DNA of 64,000 nt from Lama glama. Its lineage: Eukaryota. The notes below the pieces were generated by a model. That model worked only from the letters and a program-made list of their open reading frames with translations, did no database searches and was not told the DNA's origin. Positions 49,001 through 57,698 of this stretch are shown here, in pieces; the first letter of the stretch is position 1; each line of letters opens with the position of its first letter. The stretch is taken from contig CM052816.1 of NCBI GenBank assembly GCA_028534125.1, positions 32,738,001-32,802,000 of the forward strand, given 5' to 3'. The translations under genes and the position numbers were made by a program.

Positions 49001-52000
49001 TGAAAGTGGAGGTGGGATATTACGGAATGTGTCCAGCTTGATAGCTACAAATGAAGACCACAGGTAAATACAGAGTTCTGTATTACTTTTAAATGAATTT
49101 GTAAAATTCATGCCCTCAGAGAGACTCACTATAAGCAGTGTTTTGTGTAATTATTCAAGTTCTAAGTCAAATTACATTTATTACAGTGAAAAATGTAACT
49201 ATTCTAATTTATTAATTAATATATTCTAATGAAAGTTCAAGGTATTGTAAAGATGTCTAAAAATAAACAGATGGTACTTGAAAGGTATAACCCATGTGTA
49301 GAGGGGAAAAAAAAGTCATAAATATTACAGAGAACAAAATCCCTTCCTGTATGTTAGTATGGCTTAAAGGAATATAAGGCTTATAAAAAACAAAAACCTA
49401 TGGGTATGATCCAGAGAGTACATGGTTCACATTTTTCTAGTGACCTCATAGCATCAGTAATTCATCCCATCTTACAGAGCTGTGAAATCTGAGAGAGCAC
49501 CTCAGATGCAGGGCACACGTTTTTCAGAACTTGGGCTCTGTATTATCGCAACAAAAATATGGGGGCCTTTCACAGCATTTTAAAAAATTTTATCCTGTAT
49601 TGTTCCTCTCTCATTTTCAAAAAGACCATGAGGTAATTTTAGTAAAAGGGCTTGTAAGAATGTAAACACCTTTTTCTTTAAGTTTTTGATGCACAAACTA
49701 CAAGCCTTATACCCCTTTCAGCTACTCAGAGAAGACTTCTTAAACTCAGTAAGCACGCAGGTGTCTTCTGGGCTGCTGAGAAAGCAACCATGTTAAAGTT
49801 CATTGCACTCTTGCCAATCAGTTTTAAAGCCCACCAGGGCTGAATCTGCTGTCGTTACACTTCAGTTTACCATGCACTAAACAAGCCATAACTCTCTCAG
49901 ACCCTAACATTCATTATGCTGATTCTTAACTCTTGTTTTTAGGGTTACCTTCAAATGTTTTGAAAACTTTTTTTCACTTTATTTTTTTTAACTTTTTTTT
50001 TATTGAGCTATAGCCACTTTACAATGTTGTGTCAAATTCCAGTGTAGAGCACAATTTTTCACTTATACATGAACATACATACATCTGTTGTCAAGGGACA
50101 GGCTGGGATTTCAAAATGTAGAATAGAAAAACAAGATTGTACTGTGTAGCACAGGGAAAAATATACAGGATCTTGTGGTGGCTCACAGCACTTTATTTTT
50201 TAAAATAACTACACACACAATTTGCCAGAGAACAGTTGTAAAGGGGAATGGCAGCATTACAAAAATCAAGTCAGAGACAGAGAGATTATCTGAAAAGTCA
50301 ATTTGCTGACGTCGCAGCTGACAGTCCTTCCCGACTATGTAAAGATCTATTGATTGATTCTTCTGTCTACCTCTTCTAAGAGGTCTCAATTTAATCTATG
50401 GATGGGTGTCATGTTCCCATTCACAGATTAAATTACCACAGAGTCCCTGTTCAGCATAAAATTTCGTAATATATGTATAGTCTTTAAACTGAGATAATCT
50501 GTCACTGAGTAAATAAAGTAAATATATCTGCTCAAGAAAAAATTTTAAAAGCTCTTTGGTCAGAATAGGAAATGCAAAATAGATTAAAATTAACACTTTT
50601 ACTTCTTTTAGTCAAACAAATGAGTACTTTAAAACAGTAAACACTAAATGAACTAAGAGCAAAAGGAGCTATGCAGAACTTGAAATGTATAGTATAAGTT
50701 GGCATAATTTTTTTTTGTTTTTCATTTTTCAGTTTTATTAAGTAGAATTGTTACAATTTACACATATACAATATATTGCATGTAAATACATATATACAAT
50801 ATACTGCACTTTTTAAAATTTACATATATGTATTGTTCATTGTTTCTGAGAACGTTTAGAGCTTTAGCTTTTTAAACTTACATAGTTATCAAAGGAATAA
50901 AGCCAATCACAAAATAAGACTTAATTCAAAAAGATACATACACTCTGCAATTAATAGCAACATTATTTATAATTGTAATTTGGCATAATTTTACTTTGCC
51001 TGTTGTTAATAGGTTTTAGTAATTATCTTTAGACTTAAATTTGTTTTCTGTCCCTTTATTTGTTGTTACTTCAAACAGATTTTTACCTTACTTTTGTGAT
51101 CTCTTATTTTTATTTCAGGCAAATCCTAAGAGAGAACAATTGCTTACAAACCTTATTACAACACTTGAAATCTCACAGCCTGACAATAGTCAGTAATGCA
51201 TGTGGAACCTTGTGGAATCTCTCAGCAAGAAATCCTAAAGACCAGGAAGCGTTATGGGACATGGGGGCAGTCAGCATGCTCAAGAACCTCATTCATTCCA
51301 AGCACAAAATGATTGCTATGGGAAGTGCCGCAGCTTTAAGGAATCTCATGGCAAACAGGCCTGCAAAGTATAAGGATGCCAATATCATGTCTCCTGGCTC
51401 AAGCTTGCCTTCTCTTCATGTCAGGAAACAAAAAGCCCTAGAAGCAGAATTAGATGCTCAGCACTTATCAGAAACCTTTGACAATATTGACAATTTAAGT
51501 CCCAAGGCATCTCATCGTAGTAAACAAAGACACAAGCAGAGTCTCTATGGGGACTACGTTTTTGACACCAATCGACATGATGATAATAGGTCAGACAACT
51601 TTAATGCTGGGAACATGACTGTCCTGTCACCATACTTAAATACCACAGTGTTGCCCAGCTCCTCTTCATCAAGGGGAAGTTTAGATAGTTCTCGTTCTGA
51701 GAAAGATAGAAGTTTGGAGAGAGAACGAGGTATTGGCCTCGGCAGCTACCACCCAGCAACAGAAAATCCAGGAACCTCGTCAAAGCGAGGTTTGCAGATT
51801 TCCACCACTGCAGCTCAGATTGCCAAAGTCATGGAAGAAGTATCAGCCATTCATACCTCCCAGGAAGATAGAAGTTCTGGGTCTACCACCGAATTACACT
51901 GTGGGACAGATGAGAGGAATGCACTGAGAAGAAGCTCTACTGCCCACGCACATGCAAACACTTACAACTTCACCAAGTCAGAAAATTCAAACAGGACATG

Positions 52001-55000
52001 TCCAATGCCGTATGCCAAAGTAGAATATAAGAGGTCTTCAAATGACAGTTTAAATAGTGTCAGTAGTAGTGATGGTTATGGTAAACGAGGTCAGATGAAA
52101 CCTTCAATTGAATCCTATTCTGAAGATGATGAAAGTAAGTTTTGCAGCTATGGTCAATATCCAGCTGACCTAGCCCATAAAATACATAGTGCAAATCATA
52201 TGGATGATAATGATGGAGAACTAGATACGCCAATAAATTATAGTCTTAAGTATTCAGATGAACAGTTGAACTCTGGAAGGCAGAGTCCCTCACAGAATGA
52301 AAGATGGGCAAGACCCAAACATATAATAGAAGATGAAATAAAGCAAAATGAGCAAAGACAATCAAGGAGTCAAAGCACAACTTATCCTGTATATCCAGAG
52401 AGCACTGATGATAAACACCTCAAGTTCCAGCCACATTATGGACAGCAAGAATGTGTTTCCCCATATCGGTCCAGAGCAGCCAATGGTTCAGAAACAAATC
52501 GAGTAGGTTCCAATCATGGAATTAATCAAAATGTCAACCAGTCTTTGTGCCAGGAAGATGACTATGAAGATGATAAGCCAACCAACTATAGTGAACGTTA
52601 CTCTGAGGAAGAGCAGCATGAGGAGGAAGAGAGACCAACCAATTACAGCATCAAATATAATGAAGAAAAACATCATGTGGATCAACCTATTGATTATAGT
52701 TTAAAATATGCCACAGACATTCCTTCTTCACAGAAACCAGCATTTTCATTCTCAAAGAATTCATCTGGACAGAGCACCAAGACTGAACACATCTCTTCGA
52801 GCAGTGAGAATACATCCACACCTTCATCTAACGCCAAGAGGCAGAACCAGCTCCATCCAAGTTCAGCCCAGAGCAGAAGTGGTCAGACCCAAAAAGCCAC
52901 GTCCTCCTCTTGCAAAGTTCCCTCTATCAACCAAGAAACAATACAAACGTACTGTGTTGAAGATACCCCAATTTGTTTTTCACGATGTAGTTCATTATCA
53001 TCTTTGTCATCAGCTGAAGATGAAATCGGGTGTGATCAGACAACACAGGAAACAGATTCTGCTAATACTCTACAAATAGCAGAAATAAAGGAAAACAGTG
53101 GAACTAGATCAGCTGAAGATTCTGTGAGTGAAGTTCCAACAGCGTCACAGCACATTAGAACCAAATCCAGCAGACTCCAGGCTTCTGGTTTATCTTCAGA
53201 ATCAACCAGGCACAAAGCTGTTGAATTTTCTTCAGGGGCCAAATCTCCATCAAAGAGTGGTGCTCAGACACCTAAAAGTCCACCGGAGCACTACGTTCAG
53301 GAGACTCCACTCATGTTTAGCAGATGTACGTCTGTCAGTTCACTTGATAGTTTTGAGAGTCGTTCGATTGCCAGCTCTGTTCAGAGTGAACCCTGCAGTG
53401 GAATGGTGAGTGGCATTATAAGCCCCAGTGACCTTCCAGATAGCCCTGGACAAACCATGCCACCCAGCAGAAGTAAAACCCCTCCTCCCCCTCCCCCTCC
53501 AACAGTTCAAACTAAGCAAGAAGTACCTAAAAATAAGGCACCTAGCACTGAAAAGAGAGAAGGTGGACCTAAGCAAGCCGCTGTAAATGCTGCAGTGCAG
53601 CGGGTCCAGGTTCTTCCAGATGCTGATACTTTGTTACATTTTGCAACTGAAAGTACTCCAGATGGATTTTCTTGTTCATCTAGCCTGAGTGCTCTGAGCC
53701 TCGATGAGCCATTTATTCAGAAAGATGTGGAATTAAGAATCATGCCTCCAGTTCAGGAAAATGACAATGGGAATGAAACAGAAAATGAGCAGCCTGAAGA
53801 ATCAAATGAAAACCAGGAAAAAGAGGCAGAAAAACCCACTGATTCTGAAAAAGATCTATTAGATGATTCAGATGACGATGATATTGAAATACTAGAAGAG
53901 TGCATTATTTCTGCCATGCCGACAAAATCTTCACACAAAGCCAAAAAGCCAGCCCAGACTGCTTCAAAATTACCTCCCCCAGTGGCACGGAAACCAAGTC
54001 AGCTGCCTGTGTACAAACTTCTGCCATCACAGAACAGGTTACAAGCACAAAAGCATGTTAGCTTTACACCAGGAGATGATATGCCACGGGTGTACTGTGT
54101 AGAAGGGACTCCGATAAACTTCTCCACAGCTACATCTCTGAGTGATCTAACAATAGAATCCCCTCCAAATGAGTTAGCTGCTGGAGAAGGGGTTAGAGCA
54201 GGGGCACAGTCGGGTGAATTTGAAAAACGAGATACCATTCCTACAGAAGGCAGAAGTACAGATGAGGCTCAGAGAGGGAAAGCCTCATCTGTAGCTGTAC
54301 CTGAACTGGATGATAATAAAACAGAAGAAGGTGACATTCTTGCAGAATGCATTAATTCTGCTATGCCCAAGGGGAAAAGTCACAAGCCTTTCCGTGTGAA
54401 AAAAATAATGGACCAGGTCCAACAAGCATCTATGTCTTCATCCGGAACTAACAAAAATCAATTAGATGGTAAGAAAAAGAAACCTACTTCACCAGTAAAA
54501 CCTATGCCACAAAATACTGAATACAGGACACGTGTAAGGAAAAGTACAGACTCAAAAAATAATTTAAATGCTGAAAGAACTTTCTCAGACAACAAAGATT
54601 CAAAGAAACAGAACTCGAAAAATAATTCCAAGGACTTCAATGATAAGCTACCAAATAATGAAGATAGAGTCAGAGGAAGTTTTACTTTTGATTCACCACA
54701 TCATTACACACCTATTGAAGGCACTCCGTACTGTTTTTCACGAAATGATTCCTTGAGTTCTCTAGATTTTGATGATGATGATGTTGACCTTTCCAGGGAA
54801 AAGGCTGAATTAAGAAAAGAGAAAGAAAACAAGGAATCAGAAGCTAAAGTTACCAGCCACACAGAACTAACCTCAAACCAACAGTCAGCTAGTAAGACAC
54901 AAGCTGTTACAAAACATCCAATAAATCGAGGTCAGTCTAAACCCGTCCTGCAGAAGCAATCTACGTTTCCCCAGTCCTCCAAAGATATACCAGACAGAGG

Positions 55001-57698
55001 GGCAGCAACTGATGAGAAACTACAGAATTTTGCTATTGAAAATACTCCAGTTTGCTTTTCTCGAAATTCCTCTCTGAGTTCTCTGAGTGACATTGATCAA
55101 GAAAACAACAACAACAAGGAAAATGAACCTATCAAAGAGACAGAGCCCCCTGACTCACAGGGAGAACCAAGTAAACCCCAGGCATCAGGTTATGCTCCTA
55201 AATCATTTCACGTCGAAGATACCCCTGTTTGTTTCTCAAGAAACAGTTCTCTCAGTTCTCTGAGTATTGATTCTGAAGATGACCTGTTGCAGGAATGTAT
55301 AAGTTCTGCAATGCCAAAAAAGAAAAAGCCTTCAAGACTCAAAGGTGATAATGAAAAGCAGAGTCCCAGAAATGTGGGTGGCATATTAGCAGAAAATTTG
55401 ACACTTGATTTGAAAGATATACAGAGACCAGATTCAGAACATGGTTTATCCCCTGATTCAGAAAATTTTGATTGGAAAGCTATTCAGGAAGGTGCAAATT
55501 CCATAGTAAGTAGTTTACATCAAGCTGCTGCTGCTGCGTGTTTATCCAGACAAGCTTCGTCTGATTCAGATTCCATCCTTTCACTGAAATCAGGAATCTC
55601 TCTGGGATCACCATTTCATCTTACACCTGATCAAGAAGAAAAACCCTTTACAAGTAATAAAGGCCCACGAATTCTAAAACCTGGGGAGAAAAGTACATTG
55701 GAAACTAAAAAGATCGAATCTGAAAATAAAGGGATAAAAGGAGGGAAAAAAGTTTATAAAAGTTTGATTACTGGCAAAGTTCGATCTAATTCAGAAGTTT
55801 CAAGCCAAATGAAGCAGCCCCTTCAAACAAACATGCCTTCAATCTCTCGAGGTAGGACAATGATTCATATTCCAGGAGTCCGGAATAGCTCTTCAAGTAC
55901 AAGTCCGGTTTCCAAAAAAGGCCCATCCCTTAAGACTCCAGCCTCCAAAAGCCCTAGTGAAGGTCAGGCGGCTACCACTTCTCCCAGAGGAGCCAAGCCG
56001 TCAGTCAAGTCAGAATTAAGCCCTGTTACCAGGCAGACGTCCCAAACAGCTGGGTCAAATAAAGGGCCTTCTCGATCAGGATCCAGAGATTCCACTCCTT
56101 CCAGACCCAACCAGCAGCCGCTAAGCAGACCTATCCAGTCTCCAGGGCGAAACTCAATTTCTCCTGGTAGAAATGGAATAAGTCCCCCTAACAAGTTATC
56201 CCAGCTACCACGGACGTCATCCCCCAGCACTGCTTCAACTAAGTCCTCGGGTTCTGGGAAAATGTCTTACACATCCCCAGGCAGACAGATGAGCCAGACA
56301 AACCTTACTAAACAAACGGGTTTATCCAAGAATGGCAGTAGTATCCCAAGAAGTGAGTCTGCCTCCAAAGGGCTAAATCAAATGAGTAGCAGCAACGGAT
56401 CCAATAAAAAGGTAGAACTTTCCAGAATGTCTTCAACTAAATCAAGTGGAAGTGAGTCTGACAGGTCAGAGAGACCTGTATTAGTACGCCAGTCAACTTT
56501 CATCAAAGAAGCGCCAAGCCCGACCTTAAGGAGAAAATTGGAGGAATCTGCTTCATTTGAATCCCTTTCTCCATCTTCTAGACCAGATTCTCCCACTAGG
56601 TCCCAGGCACAGACTCCAGTTTTAAGTCCTTCTCTTCCTGATATGTCTCTGTCTACACACTCATCTGTTCAGGCTGGTGGGTGGCGAAAACTCCCACCTA
56701 ATCTCAGCCCCACCATAGAGTATAATGACGGAAGACCTGTAAAGCGCCATGACATAGCCCGCTCCCATTCTGAAAGTCCTTCCAGACTTCCCATTAACAG
56801 GTCAGGAACCTGGAAACGTGAGCACAGCAAACACTCATCCTCCCTTCCTCGAGTGAGCACTTGGAGAAGAACTGGAAGTTCATCCTCAATTCTTTCTGCT
56901 TCATCAGAATCCAGTGAAAAAGCAAAAAGTGAAGATGAAAAACATGTGAACTCGATTTCAGGAACCAAACAAACTAAAGAAAGCCAAGTATCCACGAAAG
57001 GAACATGGAGAAAAATAAAAGAAAGTGAAATTCCTCCCACAAGCAGTTCTCAGACCACTTCCTTGGGTGCTGCAAATGGTGCTGAATCAAAGGCTCTCAT
57101 TTATCAAATGGCGCCTGCTGTTTCTAAGACAGAGGATGTTTGGGTGAGAATTGAGGACTGTCCCATTAACAACCCTAGATCTGGAAGATCTCCAACGGGA
57201 AATACTCCCCCAGTGATTGATACTGTTTTGGAAAAGGGAAACCCAAACACTAAAGATTCAAAAGATAATCAGGGAAAACAAAATGTGAGTAACGGTAGTG
57301 CTCCCGCGCGCACCGTGGGTTTGGAAAACCGCCTGAACTCCTTTATTCAGGTAGATGCCCCAGACCAAAAAGGAACTGAGACGAAATTGGGACAAAGTAA
57401 TGTCCCTGCATCAGAGACCAATGAAAGTTCTCTCACTGAGCGCACCCCGTTTAGTTCTAGCAGCTCAAGCAAGCACAGTTCGCCAAGTGGGACTGTTGCT
57501 GCCAGAGTGACTCCTTTTAATTACAACCCAAGCCCTAGGAAAAGCAGCGCAGATAGCACTTCAGCCCGACCATCTCAGATCCCGACGCCAGTGAATAACA
57601 ACGCAAAGAAACGAGATTCAAAAGCTGACAACACAGAATCCAGTGGAACTCAAAGTCCCAAACGCCATTCCGGGTCTTACCTTGTGACGTCCGTTTAA
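3414..57698 (+). CDS. APC: APC regulator of WNT signalling, spliced CDS, 5'-partial (classical exons 4-15)
   Basis: Twelve GT-AG exons of 109, 114, 84, 105, 99, 379, 96, 140, 78, 117, 215 and 6580 nt join in frame. They encode the APC coiled-coil, armadillo repeats, 15/20-aa repeats, SAMP repeats, basic region and C-terminal VTSV. Confidence 0.99.
4886..5065 (+). mobile_element. Young 5'-truncated L1 3' end with 19-bp TSD
   Basis: tatactgtatagcacagggaaatatattcaa...ctatacctcaataaaaaat plus A-tail, flanked by taaaacatcagatctaaac at 4867-4885 and 5066-5084. Confidence 0.9.
6242..6355 (+). CDS. APC: APC exon 5 (114 nt)
   Basis: ggttttag|TTTTCC...GCCCAG|gtaact; [38 protein letters not shown]. 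Confidence 0.97.
7241..7413. mobile_element. Tigger2/MER8-like non-autonomous Tc1-mariner element
   Basis: TIRs caattgacccttgaacaa ... ttgttcaaaggtcaacta, with TA on both flanks. Confidence 0.85.
8300..10380 (+). mobile_element. Old L1M fragments (ORF2/3' region)
   Basis: Motifs gaaaagatgcttaaacatcactagtcaccagagaaat; aattagatccctacctcaca; gttaatatccctat; A-rich + strand. Confidence 0.65.
10820..11028. mobile_element. MER58A-like hAT-Charlie element
   Basis: taaagggccatatagtaaatacttcagactttgtgggccata...gtgttccagtaaaactt...tttgctgacctctg, flanked by ctctag on both sides. Confidence 0.85.
12195..12425 (+). mobile_element. MIR, near full length
   Basis: ggactctggagccagacctcctgggttctaattcc...gtgaccttgggtaa...tgcctcagttttctc...gcacatagtaaacactcagtaaat. 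Confidence 0.9.
14692..14775 (+). CDS. APC: APC exon 6 (84 nt)
   Basis: tattttag|CGAAGA...GCAGAG|gttagt; [28 protein letters not shown]. Confidence 0.97.
15050..16300 (+). mobile_element. Old L1M 5'/ORF1-like fragment
   Basis: Purine/A-rich with aatagcagaaatgaaaaattcaatagaaagtttagaagataaa and gttccagaaagaga motifs. Confidence 0.55.
17990..18875 (+). mobile_element. L1MB-like 3' end
   Basis: aagcacatgaaaatatgctcagcatcattaaccattagtgaaatacaaattaaaaccacaatgagataccactt...ggatgaacctcaaaaacatactaagt...tacctcaacaaa. Confidence 0.9.
19140..19512 (+). mobile_element. MIR, split by a SINE insertion
   Basis: ggctctggagtcagactacctggg...ctcagtttcttcatctgtaaaatggaga | resumes cctacttcatagagttgatgtaaggattaaat. 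Confidence 0.88.
19290..19432 (+). mobile_element. tRNA-Ala(AGC)-derived SINE (camelid-type)
   Basis: ggggggagggatatagctcagtggtagaggccatgcttagcatgcacaggtcctgggttcaatccccaggacctcca; perfect 14-bp TSD taatggtacctact at 19276-19289 and 19433-19446. Confidence 0.92.
19750..21385 (+). mobile_element. L2 fragments
   Basis: Pyrimidine-rich with gacattttcagtcttcatctt, ctgcttaagatgtctcaaaggcattttaaatccaacatatccaaa and the end cagatgctcagtaatta. Confidence 0.7.
22036..22082. repeat. (TA)n microsatellite
   Basis: Perfect TA run of ~23 units. Confidence 0.97.
22512..22616 (+). CDS. APC: APC exon 7 (105 nt)
   Basis: ttaacag|AGGTCA...GGGCAG|gtaaat; [35 protein letters not shown]. Confidence 0.96.
23508..23595 (+). 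mobile_element. Very short young L1 3' end with 17-bp TSD
   Basis: tgcatgactgggacattgtgctgtacaccagaaattgacacattgtaactgcctgcacttcaatt plus A-tail; TSD aaaatgtctcatactta at 23491-23507 and 23596-23612. Confidence 0.92.
24480..25045 (+). mobile_element. L2 3' end
   Basis: ccactggactgtaagctccacaagggcagaga...cagtacctgataaatagtagatagcaacaataaatat. Confidence 0.8.
25515..25770 (-). mobile_element. L1 3' end (first copy)
   Basis: attgaagtattgttgacttacaatattgtgttagtttcaggtgtacagcaaagtgattcagttata... Confidence 0.88.
25780..27425 (-). mobile_element. L1 (3' UTR + ORF2 C-terminus) with inverted 5' segment at ~27281-27425
   Basis: Minus-strand ORFs [20 protein letters not shown] and [19 protein letters not shown] are L1 ORF2 pieces. 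The last ~145 nt read as sense L1 (gcaatctacagatttaatgcaatc...gccaaagcaatcctgaggaagaagaacaaag). Confidence 0.93.
28500..30800 (-). mobile_element. Long degenerate antisense L2
   Basis: Purine-rich + strand with tgtttactaagcatct, gaggaaggagaaatcaagaatgacttccagattttt, gatcttggcaagagcagtttca. Confidence 0.6.
31355..31870. mobile_element. MLT1-family (MaLR) solo LTR
   Basis: tgtgttagttatctgttgctgcttaacaa...gtttctgtaggtcaggaatc...caagatggaagccgcagtc...ctaactacca. Confidence 0.85.
32925..33335 (-). mobile_element. L1 ORF2 fragment
   Basis: Minus [28 protein letters not shown] is the L1 ORF2 C-terminal region. Confidence 0.9.
33957..34055 (+). CDS. APC: APC exon 8 (99 nt)
   Basis: tttctag|GGTTCA...ACCAAG|gtaaca; [33 protein letters not shown]. 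Confidence 0.97.
35230..35440 (-). mobile_element. MIR
   Basis: atttcatttaatcttcaca...ctccattttgcaactgaggtaactgggcctcagaga. Confidence 0.75.
35492..35692. mobile_element. MER20 hAT element
   Basis: agtttctcaacctcagcattactg...gttgtgaccaccaaaaatgtctctaagatgttgcc...gattaagaaccact. Confidence 0.85.
36421..36799 (+). CDS. APC: APC exon 9 (379 nt), with internal alternative acceptor giving a short form starting at 36724
   Basis: cccacag|GTGGAA...AATCCAA|gtatgt; [18 protein letters not shown]...MDQDKNP (ORF 36373..36837). Confidence 0.97.
37205..37412 (-). mobile_element. MIR/MIR3-like CORE SINE, well preserved
   Basis: tttgatcctcacaacagccttgtgaagtagg...attatcatctccattttacagatgaagaaactgaggctcagagagg. 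Confidence 0.9.
38543..38638 (+). CDS. APC: APC exon 10 (96 nt)
   Basis: tttttcag|TGCCAG...AACTTG|gtaaga; [31 protein letters not shown]. Confidence 0.97.
39962..40015 (+). CDS. APC: APC alternative cassette exon 10A (54 nt, 18 aa)
   Basis: Strong pyrimidine tract ttcctcttccttcttcag|GTAGGAAGG...CTTTCAG|gtgagg. Phase 1 on both sides and stop-free ([18 protein letters not shown]). Matches the 54-nt exon 10A as I recall it. Confidence 0.85.
40435..40613. mobile_element. MER5-like hAT element
   Basis: agtatttcccaaact...cctaggtgattcttatgatcagg...gaaacaccactg. Confidence 0.6.
41520..42400 (+). mobile_element. L2 fragment
   Basis: ctccactccatggcttta...catcttcacttagatg...caaactgaatttac...ctgtaagctccacaaag. 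Confidence 0.7.
43658..43797 (+). CDS. APC: APC exon 11 (140 nt), armadillo repeats
   Basis: aaattag|GGGGAC...AACAAG|gtatgt; [46 protein letters not shown]. Confidence 0.97.
44358..44435 (+). CDS. APC: APC exon 12 (78 nt)
   Basis: ttttacag|GCTACG...CAGCAG|gtacta; [26 protein letters not shown]. Confidence 0.97.
44724..44840 (+). CDS. APC: APC exon 13 (117 nt)
   Basis: tttgcag|GTTATT...AAAAAG|gtacct; [39 protein letters not shown]. Confidence 0.97.
45028..45233. mobile_element. MER20 hAT element
   Basis: ctcagcactgttggcatcttggacaaggtaattctttgt...catgacaatcagaaatgtctccagatattacca...ttgagagtcactg. Confidence 0.85.
45700..46012 (+). mobile_element. L1MA-like 3' end
   Basis: ggtcaaaaggtataaaattccagtataagataaataaatactagggat...cctaagagtttctcatcacaagg...catctcaaaactggaaaa. 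Confidence 0.85.
46110..46365 (+). mobile_element. L1MC/L1M 3' fragment
   Basis: ggccataaaaaagaatgaactactg...acatcaaaagtgatcagattgcatgcttgaaatatgtgcagttt. Confidence 0.7.
48849..49063 (+). CDS. APC: APC exon 14 (215 nt)
   Basis: cttaatag|GAATCA...CCACAG|gtaaat; [26 protein letters not shown]...IATNEDH. Confidence 0.97.
49988..50188 (-). mobile_element. Young L1 3' end with 5' inversion and 13-bp TSD
   Basis: Poly-T plus antisense 3' end to ~50090, then a sense segment to 50188; TSD cactttatttttt at 49975-49987 and 50189-50201. Confidence 0.85.
51119..57698 (+). CDS. APC: APC final exon 15, coding part (6580 nt)
   Basis: tatttcag|GCAAATC...; uninterrupted ORF to TAA at 57696-57698. Contains 15-aa repeats ([41 protein letters not shown]), 20-aa repeats (TPxxFSRxSSLSSL), SAMP motifs at ~53910, ~54357 and ~55305, the basic region and terminal VTSV. 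Confidence 0.99.

Noticed and set aside
50699..50992. ttggcataatttt repeated ~280 nt apart as a possible TSD
   Set aside because: The intervening sequence is not a recognisable element and the motif is low-complexity.
51060..51118. N-terminus [20 protein letters not shown] of the 2212-aa ORF
   Set aside because: Intronic pyrimidine tract read in frame from a TTG; the exon starts at 51119.
51601..57040. Many short overlapping or antisense ORFs within the final exon
   Set aside because: Shadows of the Ser/Pro-rich APC frame, with no recognisable domains or splice support.
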